Assembly (NCBI RefSeq): GCF_030684315.1
Contig: NC_081374.1
Span: 8,792,837 to 8,856,836, forward strand
DNA from: Stegostoma tigrinum
Lineage: Eukaryota
Direction: 5' to 3'
Length of the DNA: 64,000 nt
Position 1 is the first letter of the stretch, and every line of letters begins with the position of its first letter. The position numbers and the translations under genes are program-made. This document shows, one piece after another, positions 38,440 through 51,100 of this stretch. The notes under the pieces were generated by a model that saw only the letters and a program-made list of their open reading frames with translations, was not told the origin of the DNA and did no database searches.

Positions 38440-39900
38440 TTCATTCACAAGACATGGCTATCACTGGCTGAGGCCGGAATTTGTGGTGAATCCTTGAGAA
38501 GGTGGTGGTGAGCTGCCTTCTTCAACTGCTGCAGTGCATTTGTCATAGGTACATGCACAATGCCATTGGAGAAAGAATTCCAGGATTCGCACCCAGCGAC
38601 ACTGAAGGAATGGCAGGACGGTGAGTGGCTTGCAATGGTTACTTGCAGGGACTGGTGTTCCCTGGTACCTGCTGACCTTGTCCTTCTAGATGAAAGTGGT
38701 CATGGTTCTACCTAACCAGTCTCAGTGAATTTTTGCAGAGCATCTTGTACATAGTCCACACTGTTGCCACTAAGCATCGGTGGTAGAAGGAGTGGATGTG
38801 GTGTTAATCAATGGGTTGCTTTGTCCTGAATGGTGTCACATTTCTTGCACTTTGTTGGAGCTGTGCTCATCCAGGCAAGTGGGTATAGTCAATGCCTGGT
38901 ATTTGTGTGACTTATTATTTTCTGCTTGTCAGTCCACATGTGGATATAGTGCAGGTTCTTGGTGCTTTTGAACATGGATTGCTTTACTATCTGAGAAGTT
39001 GCAAATGGTGTTGAGCATTGTGCAAATATGGCCAAACATCCCCACTTCTGACCTTATGATGAAGGTAAGGTCAATCTTGAAGCAGCTGAAAATGTTTGGG
39101 CCTAGGACACTACCCTGAGGAACTCCTGCAGAAATGTCCTGGAGCTGAGATGACTGACCTTCAACAACCTTAAGTATCTTCCTATCTGCCAGGTATGACT
39201 CCAATCAGTGGAGAGCTGTCCTCGATTCAAATTAACTGCAGTTTTGCTAGGGTTCTTTGATAACACACTCAGTCAAATGCTGCCTTAATGTCAAGAGCAG
39301 TCACTGTTCCCAACTTGCCTCTGAAATCCAATACTTTTGTCCATTTGTTAGTCACTAGACCATTTGGTTTGCTCATTGCTTTCCAGGAAAGGAAGCTGTT
39401 TTCTTTATATGTTCTAGTCTCCATGTTTCTGCAACCGACAGCAATGTGGCTGACTCTTAAATGCCTATGGGGGAATTTGTGGAGCCTCTTCTTTCAGTGA
39501 GTTGTGTAACTGTCCACTACCATTCACGAGTGGATGCGGCAGGACTGAAGAGCTTAGATCCGATCAGTTGGATGTGGAATTGCTTCACTCAATCACTTAC
39601 ATGCTGCTTATGCTGTTTGGCAGCAAGTACTGTGTTTCTTAGGTTCACCAGATTAACATCATAGGTAGGCCTGGTGTGGGTCTTGACTTGGCCTCCTGTA
39701 TTTCTCATTGAACTAGTGTTGATCCCCTGATAATGGTAGAGTGGGGGGTATGGTGGGCCGTAAAGTTGCAGACCGTGTTGGGATATGATTCTGCTGCCGC
39801 AGTGATCCATAATATCTCATAGACGCCCATGTTGCTATATCTGTTTGAAGTCTATTGTGGCGACAGTGCCGTACAACACCATGGAGGGTACTGTCAATGT
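38440..39900 (-). mobile_element. CR1/L2-clade LINE fragment with RT remnant
   Basis: [32 protein letters not shown]; 3' UTR shared with 16700, 25310, 35100, 52020 and 54940. Confidence 0.85.
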
Positions 39901-40264
39901 GAAAACAATGTGAATGATTAGGCTCTGATTCTCAGGTTATGTCTCGTCACAGACTCCTTCATCATATGGAAAACCTCTCCTTATCCACCCTATCAATTTC
40001 GCAAACACATGGAAGCTACTTCTTAATTGTTTGTATTCTAGAGTAGTCAGCTGAAAACCTGAGTATCATTGGGTTTCACTTATAAGGAAATAGGCATTGT
40101 AAATAACCATTTCAAAAATAAGTAACCCTTTCAGTAATGGCAAACTCTAAATGAATCCTCATCATTTTATTCACATGCATCATCTGTTTCCTCAGGGCTG
40201 TGAGTCCTATAGCCTTCAGCTGATGATAAGCCCCAAATAACCCGGGCAAATGAGATGGTTGTTT

Positions 40265-40760
40265 CATAGAAACAGAAAAGGCTGGAGAATCTCAGCAGGT
40301 CTGGTGCCATCTGTGGTGGGAGAAACAAAGTTAATGTTTTGGGTCCAATGGCTTTGCTTCAGGATTTCCAGACAAAGGACTGGAAGCATTAACTCTATCT
40401 CTCTCTGCAAATCACAGAATCCCTACAGTGTGGAAGCAGGCCATCTGGCCCATCAAGTCCTCACCAACCCCCAGACCCAACCCCCTACCTTATCCCTGCA
40501 TTTCCCATGGCCAATCCACCTAACCTGCACATCTTTGGACTGTGGGAGGAAACCGGAGCACCCGGAGGAAACCCGCGCAGACACAGGGAGAAAGTGCAAA
40601 CCCCATAGTCACCCGAGGCTGGAATTGAGCCGGGGTCCCTGATGCTGAGAGGCAGCAGGGCTAACCACTGAGCCACCATGTTGACAGACACTGCCAGACC
40701 TCCTGAGTTCCTCCAGCATTTTCAGGTTTTATGTCAGATTTTCATAATCAACAGAACTTT
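40265..40760. mobile_element. Palindromic Penelope-derived element (second subfamily) with a nested HE1 SINE (40411-40683, -)
   Basis: gctggagaatctcagcaggtctgg arm and inverse ccagacctcctgagttcctccagc arm on either side of the SINE. Confidence 0.75.
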
Positions 40761-41032
40761 TTCTTTAATTTAACGTATTTTTCTATCAACCTGTTCAGAG
40801 ATGTTATTACACACTTCTAGAGCAGATGGGGCTTGAACCTGAGCCTCCTGTTCCAGGAGTAGGGATAATACCACTTCACCATATTTTGCTTTTATTAAAA
40901 TAGTTGTTCTTTCCTATCTTATTTAAAAAAAACACTTGTGTTCCTAATAGCCCTTGAGATGAATTTTTTTTTATGAATCTTGTCAATTGTGCTCAAAGAT
41001 GTTAATTCCTGGAACGGCAGCAAAAACAGTTA

Positions 41033-41280
41033 CAGATAAAACAGTGTAGAGTTAAATGAACACAGCAGGCCACGCAGCATCAGAGGAGCAGGAAAGCTGA
41101 TGTTTCAGGTCGGAACCCTTCTTCGGAAATCATCTTAAAAAATCATTTCTGAGGATGGCTCCCGACCTGAAACATCAACTTTCCTGCTCCTCTGATGCTG
41201 CCTGGCCTGCTGTGTTCATCCAACTCCACACCGTGTTAGTGTTATCTCTGACTCCAGCAACTGCAGTGCTTGCTATCTCG
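41033..41280. mobile_element. Palindromic Penelope-derived hammerhead element, 10-bp TSD
   Basis: aaaacagtta at 41023-41032 and 41281-41290; two degenerate divergent cores. Confidence 0.8.
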
Positions 41281-43284
41281 AAAACAGTTATGGTGTGGCT
41301 TCATTGAAGATAGAGCCACTCTCTCTCTATTACACAGTCCCCAAAAAGGCATCTTATTCTCAATTGTATTGATTCGTCCTTACTGCACCTTTTGTTTTAA
41401 ACATATTAATTTACTTCTGTTGGCGGACGGCTGGTTTGCTATAGAGTCATGCCAACAGCATAGTTCAATTCCCGCACTAGCCGAGGTTACCATAAAAGCC
41501 CCACCTTCTCAATTTCTCCCCCTCAGGTTAAACCACCATCAGTCGTCCCTCTCCCTAATGAGACAGCAGCCCCTTATAATCTTTACTGTTGTTGTTACTG
41601 GGCAATTGGGACTATTCTGATGTTGGATGTTTGCTGCTGGGCTCAAGCGATCTCACGTCAGGTTAAAGTTGACTGTTGGAAGAGTGAAGCTCCCTTTATT
41701 TAGCCTCAAAAATGTGTTTTTGAAAAAGCATCCCTTACAATGTCCCTTTTCTCTATTCTTAAAACAGCAAGCATCAACAGTTCCAAAGGCGGCACTGCAA
41801 CAGAGTCAACAGAAGGTCAACAGAAGTTATCAAGTCAAAAATAACATTGTGTGGTGTGATGATGATGACGATGATGTACACCAACCCCAGTGGTGTCTAT
41901 CAGCATCTAAAGGCCTGAATTGTGCCAACAGACACTGCACACAACCTCTCTAAGGAGTGTGGACATGACTGCAGAAAAGAGGGAGGTAATCGGGCACAAT
42001 GAACCCCTTCACTCCCTCGACCTATCAATGGCTGCTGTGGCCGAGCCCTGGAGAATGCCCTCTGAATTGCCCACCCCTACCCATACAGGGTACCCATAGA
42101 TCAGGAGCATGTGCAGAAGTGTAACCGGAAGTTTAAGAGCAGCCCTTTCAAAGAAACTAAAGAGGGGAGTTGCAAACGAAAATATTCATGATTAAATGCG
42201 AGAATTTGCTTCCTTGCCTAGGTCACACTGTTTGTCCCCAGACATCTTTGACAATCAACTTATGGCAAAGTAGTGTCGATTTCAGGACCCATGCACAACA
42301 GGAGTTTGATTGAAGTAGTTCAATCTCATCTCACACAGGATTTACAGCTGACCACAGGATTGCCAACTCTGATTAGATATTTCCTTAAGTTTTAATCATA
42401 TGCCTCCCCCGCCTCTAACCTCCCCAACTAGTCAAACAGCCATTTCTCACAGCTCTGGTTTATTCATTGGTATTAAAAATGTTTCCAAAGAAAAGTGAAG
42501 TTTTTTTTAACCTTATCCCCCGATGCTTTTCTCTCCTGTTTGTTCCTGGAGACTCCAGCAGAGGCAGAATGGGATTTTCATTCCAAAAGTCAGAGTGTGG
42601 AATTTGAAAGGCAAAAACATCCCACGCCTAATCCACCATTTCTAGATTCACGTGGCTTCACAGAGTAGGATTGCTGGTCAGTGCTGACAGTGCAAATTTC
42701 TCTGGTGTAGATTTCCAACGATTAAGGATATCCAGCCCCAACTCAATCCAATTGGAATCACTTTGGCAAGAGGCAACAATATTCCATTAGATGGGATCAA
42801 ATTTCAGCCCAAACCCCAGTGAAAGGCCAGTAACTGGTTTCTGGCATATTGGGTGACAAAAACTGCACGCCATACTCCAAGCCAACCTTCAAAGACCATT
42901 TGCCTTAATCCGTCCACCTGAAAAGACAGCCAGAGTCTTTTCATGTGAAGGACAGAGCATCTTCAACAATGAAGCACTCCCTCTGCACCGGGTCCGTCCA
43001 GATTTTTATTTCTGGATTGCTACAGAAACCCCAAAGTTCCTTCAGAATCAAGAGCACTACCGACTGACACACAGCTGACAGCAACGCGGTAGAATATTCG
43101 AAAGTAATAATAAAATGATGTTCACTGCCAGAATCTATCATTCCATTTTAAGCAACATTGTGAAACTGTTTAATGTACAGGAGCATATGAACAGGTTTAA
43201 TTACTTGCCCAAATAACTTCAAGATGATTGAAAGAATTTCTACAAGCAAATTTTAGATAGCGACTGTATTACTCTTCAGAAGAA

Positions 43285-44210
43285 ACTAAGACTATAAGAA
43301 ATAGGGGCATAATTAAGCCATTTGGGCAGTTGAGTCTCCTCTGCCATGTGATCATGGCTGATATGTTCCTGAACCCTATTCTCCTATTTTCTCTCTGTAA
43401 CCACTGATCCCTTATCAATCAAGAATCTATTGATTTCTATCCTAAATACATATAATGACTTTGCCTCCACAGCCCTCTACAGCAATGAATTCCATAGATT
43501 AACTTTCCTTCCATCTCATTGCAGTCCTTCCATCTCATCGTAGTTCTCAAGGATCTTTCTTCAGTCTGAGACTGCTCCATCAGGTCCTAGTCTCTGCTAC
43601 TAGTGGAAACATATTCTCCGTATTCACTCCATACAGGCCTTTCAGTATACCGTAAGTTTCAATCTGACTCACCCTCAATATTCTAAACTCCATCGAGTAC
43701 AGACTCAGAGTTCACAACCACTCCTCATATGACAAGCTCTTCATCATTGGGATCATTCTTGTAAACCTCCACAGTATCCATTCCAACACCAGCAGTGATC
43801 CTTAGATACATGACTTAAAACTGCTCACACTATTCCAAATGCTATAGTCTTATACATCCCTGCTCTTGTATTCTAGTCCTCTTGGAATGAATGCTGACAT
43901 AGCATTTTCCTTCCTACGCGCCACTTGAACCTGCATATTAACCTTAAGAGGATCCAGAACTAGGACCCTGAGCCCCTTTATGCTTCAGAGCCTTTCTCCA
44001 CTTAGAAAATCGTCTACAGCTCTATTCTCCCTACCACCGTGCATAACGTCACATTTTCCAACATTGTATTCCATCTGCCACTTTACTGCCCACTTTTCTA
44101 GCCTGTCCAACTACTTCTGCAGCAACCCCCCCGCAGCCCACAACCCCACTTCTTTAACAGTACCTGTACCTCCACCTATCTTTCCGTCATCTTCAAACTT
44201 AGCAATCATT
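43285..44210 (-). mobile_element. Older CR1 3' fragment
   Basis: KFEDDGKIGG and WQMEYNVGKCDVMH remnants on minus; 3' UTR tail. Confidence 0.8.
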
Positions 44211-44404
44211 TTGAGTTCAGCTCAAGGTTGTTAATAAGACCATGTGAAACATCGGTCCGCTTGGCCATTTATTCCTATCCCACCATTCAAAGAGATCACA
44301 GTGGATCATCTATTTTGCGGCATTCCAGCTTCCTGTCCTATGCCCATATCTGCAATTCTCTGAGTAGCAGCATTCTCTCTAAGCTGTGCTGGCATGATTT
44401 CATT

Positions 44405-45000
44405 TAGAATTTAGAACATTACAGCACAGTGCAGGCCCTTCGGCCCTCGATGTTGTGCCGACCTGTCATACTGATCTGAAGCCCATCTAACCTACACTAT
44501 TCCATGTATGTCATTATGCTTATCCAATGACGACTTAAATGTACCTAAAGTTGGCGAAGCGTTCCATTCCCTTACTACTCTCTGAGTAAAGAAACTACCT
44601 CTGACATCTGTCCTATATCTTTCACCCCTCAATTTAAAGCTATGCCCCCTCGTGCTCGCTGGCACCATCCAAGGAAAAAGGCTCTCCCTATCCACCCTAT
44701 CTAACCCTCTGATTATTTTATATGTTTCAATTAAGTCACCTCTCAACCTTCTTCTCTCTAATGAAAACCGCCTCAAGTCCCTCAGCCTTTCCTCATAAGA
44801 CCTTCCCTCCATACCAGGCAACATCCTAGTAAATCTCCTCTGTACCCTTTCCAAAGCTTCCACATCCTTCTTATAATGCGGTTACCAGAACTGTACTCAA
44901 TGCTCCAAGTGCGGCCACACCAGAGTTTTGTACAGTTTCACCATAACGTCTTGGTTCCGGAGCTCGATCCCTCCATTAATAAAAGCTACAACACTGTATG
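44405..45000 (-). mobile_element. Young CR1 3' fragment (same subfamily as 6715-8020)
   Basis: Near-identical to 6720-7570; ORF EALERVQRRFTRMLPGMEGRSYEERL. Confidence 0.92.
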
Positions 45001-46744
45001 TAACAGTTCTGAGGTTTTGTGCACGCTCCTCGGTTTCGGAAGATACTGCCACACACTGACCTAGGAGGTCCGTGCATTGAAATAATAATGAGTGTATTAA
45101 TTAATATCTGACAAGCTCTGCCTGAATATATTCTAGAATTGAACATCTACAGATCCTTGGGGGAGAGAAAAATCAAGAAATGACTTCAGAGCCTTACAAC
45201 CAGTGAAGCACTGTCGAAACGTAGTCACTAGTGTCATGCAGGAAACTCACAACAACTTTGTGCACAGCAAGCAGCCAAAAATGGCTATACTGTAATAGTC
45301 CATCCTTTTGATGTTGATTTTTAAATAAATGCCATGTTCCAAAGATTCACAATCAAGCTGCCACTATAATGAAACAAAACAGAAGCTGGAGAAACAAGGA
45401 GGAATCTGGGCTGGCTCAGAATCTCAAAGTTCCGTGCAGTTCCGATGTCACATGCCTTTAATGTTTCCAAAGCCACCTTAAATAAATCCTGAATGTACAA
45501 TCCAAACCCTTTCTACTCAATATCCTCTTGTTCAATGTTAATTTTTGATTGGCTTTAGTTTCTTTTCCCATGCTAGATCCTCTCCTATGGATGGCAAGAG
45601 AGACAAATGACCAACTCTTCAGGATTGGCTGGAATCTCTGGGATCTAAAAATTAAACACTTAGCCATCATTTCAAGTAAATCACATGAAGGAAAATCATT
45701 TTGGAAAAGTATGTTTTCTTTCTATTTGCTTTGAACATTTTTCTTTCTTTTAATTCTCTCACAGGCTGTGAGGTTCGCTGAAGACAAATTAACACCTTAC
45801 TGAGATGTGGAGAAATATTTTCGCTCAGAGAATGGGGAGCCTGTGTGATTCTCTGCCACAGAAAGCGGTTGAGGTCAAAACATTGAATGTTTTCAAAATG
45901 GAGTTAGATTTAGTTCTTCAGGCTAAAGAGATCAAAGGGCATAAGGAGAAAACGGGAACAGTCATAATCACATTGAATGATAGAACAGGTTTGAATGGCT
46001 GGATGGCCTACTCCTGCTCCTATTTCCTCTGCTTTCCCCAGTAGCTTCTCAAATGACATCAAATCAGCTGGTGTAAACAAGATTTTTCTCATCTCTTTGA
46101 CAGTACTAGTCACTACCAGGTCCATAACACCATAAGAAACAGGAAGAGGATTAGGTGTTCAGGGCCTCAAGCTTTCTCTGTCATTATTAGGACAATGGCT
46201 GATTGGCAGTCCTCATGTCCACTTTCCTGCCCTTTTCCCGTACCCCTTGAATTCCTGATGGATTACGGTTCTATCTATCTCACTGCTAAATATACACAAG
46301 TACTCTGCTCCCTCAAGGTGTCTATGACAAGGTGCTCCAAAGTCGCTCAACTCTCTGAGAGAAGAAATTCCTCCTCAGCTCGGTCTTAAATTGGCCACTT
46401 AATTCTGAGACTTTGCCCTCTGGTCCCAGACCATCCCATGAAGCAACATTTACCCTGTCAAGCCCCTTCAGAATTCTGTATGTTTCAATGAAGTGACTAC
46501 TCCCTCACTCATCCTGACCATCCAGGGCTGACTGGCTTGCATTTTTGACCAATCCTTTTGGGGATCGACAAATTAATAAAATCCAAACTTGGGGGTTGTC
46601 CTACATGCTGCTCTTACATTCACACATCTGTAGCAGTGGCGTCCCAAGAGTTCAAATCCCACCAAGAGAATCTGTAAAAATGATTTATAGTAATTTCAAG
46701 GGCTGGCAGCAAAAAAAAACATGATTAATGAAATAAGCTGTTTC

Positions 46745-46937
46745 AGAGATAGTAGGAACTGCAGATGCTGGAGAATGTGAGATAACAAGGTGCAGAGCTG
46801 GATGAACACAGCAGGCCAAGCAGCATCAGCTTGGCTGAGCTTTCCTGCTCCTATGATGCTACTTGGCCTGCTGTGTTCATCCAGCTCTACACCTTGTTAT
46901 CTCAGGTTCTCCAGCATCTGCAGTTCCTACTATCTCT
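46745..46937. mobile_element. Fully symmetric Penelope-derived palindrome lacking the hammerhead centre, ~17-bp TSD
   Basis: attaatgaaataagctg (46724-46740) vs attaatgtaataagctg (46939-46955); ~85-bp inverted arms. Confidence 0.82.
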
Positions 46938-47364
46938 AATTAATGTAATAAGCTGCTTGGTTTACTGATGCCTTTCAGAGAAAGTTCCTAGCCTTCTAGT
47001 TAGTGAGCATAATATGTAACTCAGTAATCTGACCTGGTACTTTTGTTATTCATCCATAGGATGTGGGTGTCAATAACAAAGCCTGGAATATTGGCCATCC
47101 TCACTATCATGAAGACAATGAAGATGAGTTACTTCCTTGAACCGCTGCAGTCCATGTCATTTATTGAAAGCACTCTCAACACAGTTTGGACTGGGCTGTA
47201 AATATTGCATTGTCCACATTCAAAACATAGAGATATACAACCCCATTACTTCAAAGGTTTGAGACCAATAGCCCTGTTCTGCTCCACAACACTGTTTGTC
47301 TCCTTATGCCTCTCAAATGCCACTGACTACACAGGCTACATGCATCCTCTGAATTATCAGAATA

Positions 47365-47465
47365 TACACAGAGAATGTTGGAGAAACTCAGCAGATCTGG
47401 CAGCATCCGCGGAGCGAGAAACAGGGTTAACATTTTGGGCCTGTATGACTCTTCTTCAGAACTAA
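47365..47465 (-). mobile_element. Penelope-derived short element (second subfamily)
   Basis: Minus strand ttctgaagaagagtcatacaggcccaaaatgttaac..gatgctgccagatctgctgag. Confidence 0.7.
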
Positions 47466-48087
47466 AAGGGGTTGGGAAATGATTTTTGTTATAATTCTGA
47501 CAGACACAGAGGAGCAGCAAGGGAACAGATTATCTGCAGACCCAGATTGATGTGCTGAAGAGAAGCTGTAAACTCAACAAGCGTTTCAGCAGTATCCTCC
47601 AATAACTGCAATGTTTCATTTTTACTCTGAATTCCTGACAATTTCTTATCTTCCAAGCATTCATCCTGATACTCAGAGGGTCTTTAAATCCACCTGGTCA
47701 GTCACTTCTTTAACATGCTTTGTAACTTTGCTCCGACACCAGAATATTTTTGCTTCCTCCCTCAATCCCTGCTGCACTTGTGTCCTCTCCCCAGGGAATA
47801 CATTACACAGTGGAATAAAAATCGAAACCGGAATAATTTCGGTTAGATCTCAGATTGGTTCAAGGCTATTGCATGAGATAGAAGCATTTGTGGACCATTT
47901 CCATTCATGAGCTGGAAGACACGACACAAATGCACCATATTCCCAAAAGTTCTCCTGCGCATTTTCCATCAGATACACCTCTCAGAGTTTCACTGCAGTC
48001 TGGGACGTTAGGTTAAAACACAGTTCGGTTGAGTAAGGGATTAGAAGGTTAAAACACATGAAGTTCTCCAGAAGACGCATAACTCAC

Positions 48088-48144
48088 CACCAGACAATTC
48101 AGTTTCATTCAGAATAGTTGGCACTGATTCATAACTGGTATCCA
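48088..48144 (-). CDS. NFASC: Probable alternative Ig2-Ig3 linker exon, 57 nt (MDTSYESVPTILNETELSG)
   Basis: ttttatttgttacag acceptor, GTGAGT donor; symmetric phase 1, no stop; same position as the linker cassette exons of NFASC/NrCAM. Confidence 0.8.
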
Positions 48145-51100
48145 CTGTAACAAATAAAACAACATGAGCGTGCAAAACTAGGCAGGAGAACTGTGGGATC
48201 AGGGAAAGGGGAGAGGGGACTAAATGGAAAAGAGAGGGCCCAGGCAAGTGTCTGCAAGCAAGTTATGGGGATGAGGGTCATGCAGCGTGAAAGGGCTGTA
48301 TGGTAGAGTAGATGGTAGGTAAGACAGACAGAATGATAGCAAGAATGGGCACAAAGGGGAAGGGGAAGAGGGAGGAGAGGGAAATAGTGAGAAGCATTTC
48401 AAGTACAGAAAAATATTCAAGGAGAGTTGAGGAGAGGAGGTTGTGTCCGGTAAAGGTGGGCAAGATGTGTAAAGAAGCAAATAGAAATGCATCGGAAAAA
48501 GCAACTGCTCAGTTATACATTACTGCTCGGTGAGCTGAATATCAAATACCAAACACAGGTCACATTGAAACGGAACAGGTTAGCGGCAATATTTCAGGAT
48601 GTGTGATTAAAAACTGTATTAAAAAAACTCAAAACAGCAGCGTGACTAAGCAAAGCTAGCTCCTTGACAAAGAATTCAGATTAAATGATGAGGAACGCAT
48701 CCCAAATCTTTCAGGGAAAGTTGGCAGAGGTGAATGTGGAATGAGTCTTCTGTCTCTAAAAGATTTGAAGGGAAACCAACTCAGAGAATTGCGGGAGGGA
48801 GTTCGAAGAAGGCATCTCCTCAACAACACCCCATCACCAGCCCACCCTCCATGACGGTGAACCCTTCCCTAATGTGACAAGTAATGTTTCATTTGATCCA
48901 GCCTTCTACCTATTCTAGATAAGAGGAAGCTTCAATCAAAACTCCATGGAAAAAATCTGAAGATACATAATAGAACATAGACCTTCCAGTTACGCAGTTG
49001 CCTGTCAATGAAGTTGGGTAGTGGATAATGTTCAGCATCTTGAGGATCACCAACGGGCTACTAGAAAACTGGACTAAAGGTTGAGAGTTTCAAACACTAT
49101 CCCTTGCACATTTCAGTTCTTCTGATTGGTGCAAACTTTCTCTACATGTTTTATTTTTCCAGTGTTCCTGGCGATCTTCTTCCTAAGTCACTGAGGGAAA
49201 ATTCCTGAGGAAATTCCTGACAGTTAGGTTTCAGTTCAGGAGCAAGAAGGAGCCAGGAATTGTTATACCTTATTGCAATTCACAACAACAAAGTACATGG
49301 ATGGGGTAACTTCTGCTGGAATTCCACACAATAGCAGAAAGAGGCTCAAAGTATTCAAAATCTAAAGAACTGCAATGAGGTCACTCCACTGAAAGCCTCC
49401 TGTAAGGCTAATGGATTTCATTGTTCGAAGTTCATATCATGAAGTCAATGGAAAATGACCTGGAGAGTTTGTATTCTTTTTCAATGGGGAATGAACAGAA
49501 AATGGTTTAACCATTGAAACTTAATAAAATGAAAATGAATACACTCTGGGTACAAGGTTCCCGCTAGTGTTAAGAAATATTGTTTAGATAACTCATTATG
49601 TTACTTGTACGAGTTACATTTACATAGCGCCTTTACTGGGGTAAAACATCCAAGGCACCCTGGAAAAGGAATTAAAAATAAGGATACTGAACCAGAAAAG
49701 ACAAGATTAGGGTCACATGACCAAAAGTTTGCTAAAAGAAGTTACTGCAAGGAGTAACTTAAAGGAGAAGAGTGAGAGAGTGAGAGAAACAGAGAGCTGT
49801 TGTGAGGGTATGGTGGGGCTTGGCAAACCATCAATGGCGGATCGATTAAAATTGGGGATGCTCAGGAGGGTAGAACAGGCGGAGGTAAGTTATTTCAGAA
49901 GGTTATGAAGCTGGAGAGATTACAGAGATAGGCAGAGGTGAAGCCATGGAGGGACTTGATGATATGTACAAGGAGATTTATGTAGCCGATGGCCCTGAAA
50001 GTGCGCGAGTGTTGATAGTAGTTGTGGGGAGAGGGTGGAATTAGGCGAATAGGGCTTGCTGCAAGCTAAGGAATGGGCTGCAACATTTTGGAATAAACTT
50101 GAGTTTACGAAGGATAGAGTTGTGGGGGTCTGCAGATAAGAGTGTGTTGAACTTCAGCAGCAGATGAACTGTGTCATGGGGCTGAAGCTGAACGGGAATA
50201 AGGAATTGGAAATGGTCATTCTTAGCCACGAAGCAAATGTGGGGTCAGAGTTTACCTGAGGATCAAATGTAGTGGCTGTAGCACACTAGATTACTAACTG
50301 CTGGCTAATGTCCCACACCAATAACACAAAATTAAACACCACTGTTTTATGTTCAAGCTTTTAATCTTAAAAGAAAAGTCAAGCATTCTGATTGCAAGTT
50401 CTAGGCTGAAAGGGACAGTGCGTCATATGCAAACAGACCAAATGAGCCCAACAATTGGAAATTTATTATTTTGGAATTACTTACTGTGATCAAGAGATTT
50501 AAAGTTTTTCAGTTTACCTCCTCAAAATAAGTAGGAAGTGTGATCCTGTTGAAGTTCTGACCCAGATCTACTCAAAACAAACATTCACTGACCACTGGGT
50601 TACTGCATTCATTGCTGTGGGGGATTAAGGCCTACGGAGCTCTCCCCTTGACAACACAAATTGGAAAAATGTTGCCCAGAATCTCAGGTGATCCCTTAGC
50701 CACGCTGTGTCAACAAACTGTGCCACATCAGCAAAGACAGAGCTGGCATTTTCTGGTAAGTTCAGCAACTAATGAGTTTGGCAGAAATGAAGGTAGTGGG
50801 GCAAATTCAGGTTGGTTCCCTCGGTTGACAATGCAACTGCATTGTATGTCAGGGAAGTACCAGCTACAGGTGAACAATATGGGAACAGCAGGATGCTTTG
50901 TGCTGTTACTGTGTGAATCTATTTATGTTGGAATCAACCCCAAAAGGAAAGGGGGTATGTGGACATTTGTGCCTTTTTACCTGAAATTTAAAATAATTCT
51001 GCCACCTACTCCTGAAACATCTGCATCACACTAGTTCCAAGGGTTCAATCTAAAACCTCTGGTCAAATAAATCATTCTCTCGTCACTTACCTGGATAGCT

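Noticed and set aside
46745-46937. DNA-transposon MITE or pre-miRNA interpretation of the palindromes
   Set aside because: Variable 10-17 bp TSDs, asymmetric arms and shared sequence with hammerhead-bearing single-arm copies favour a Penelope retroelement origin.
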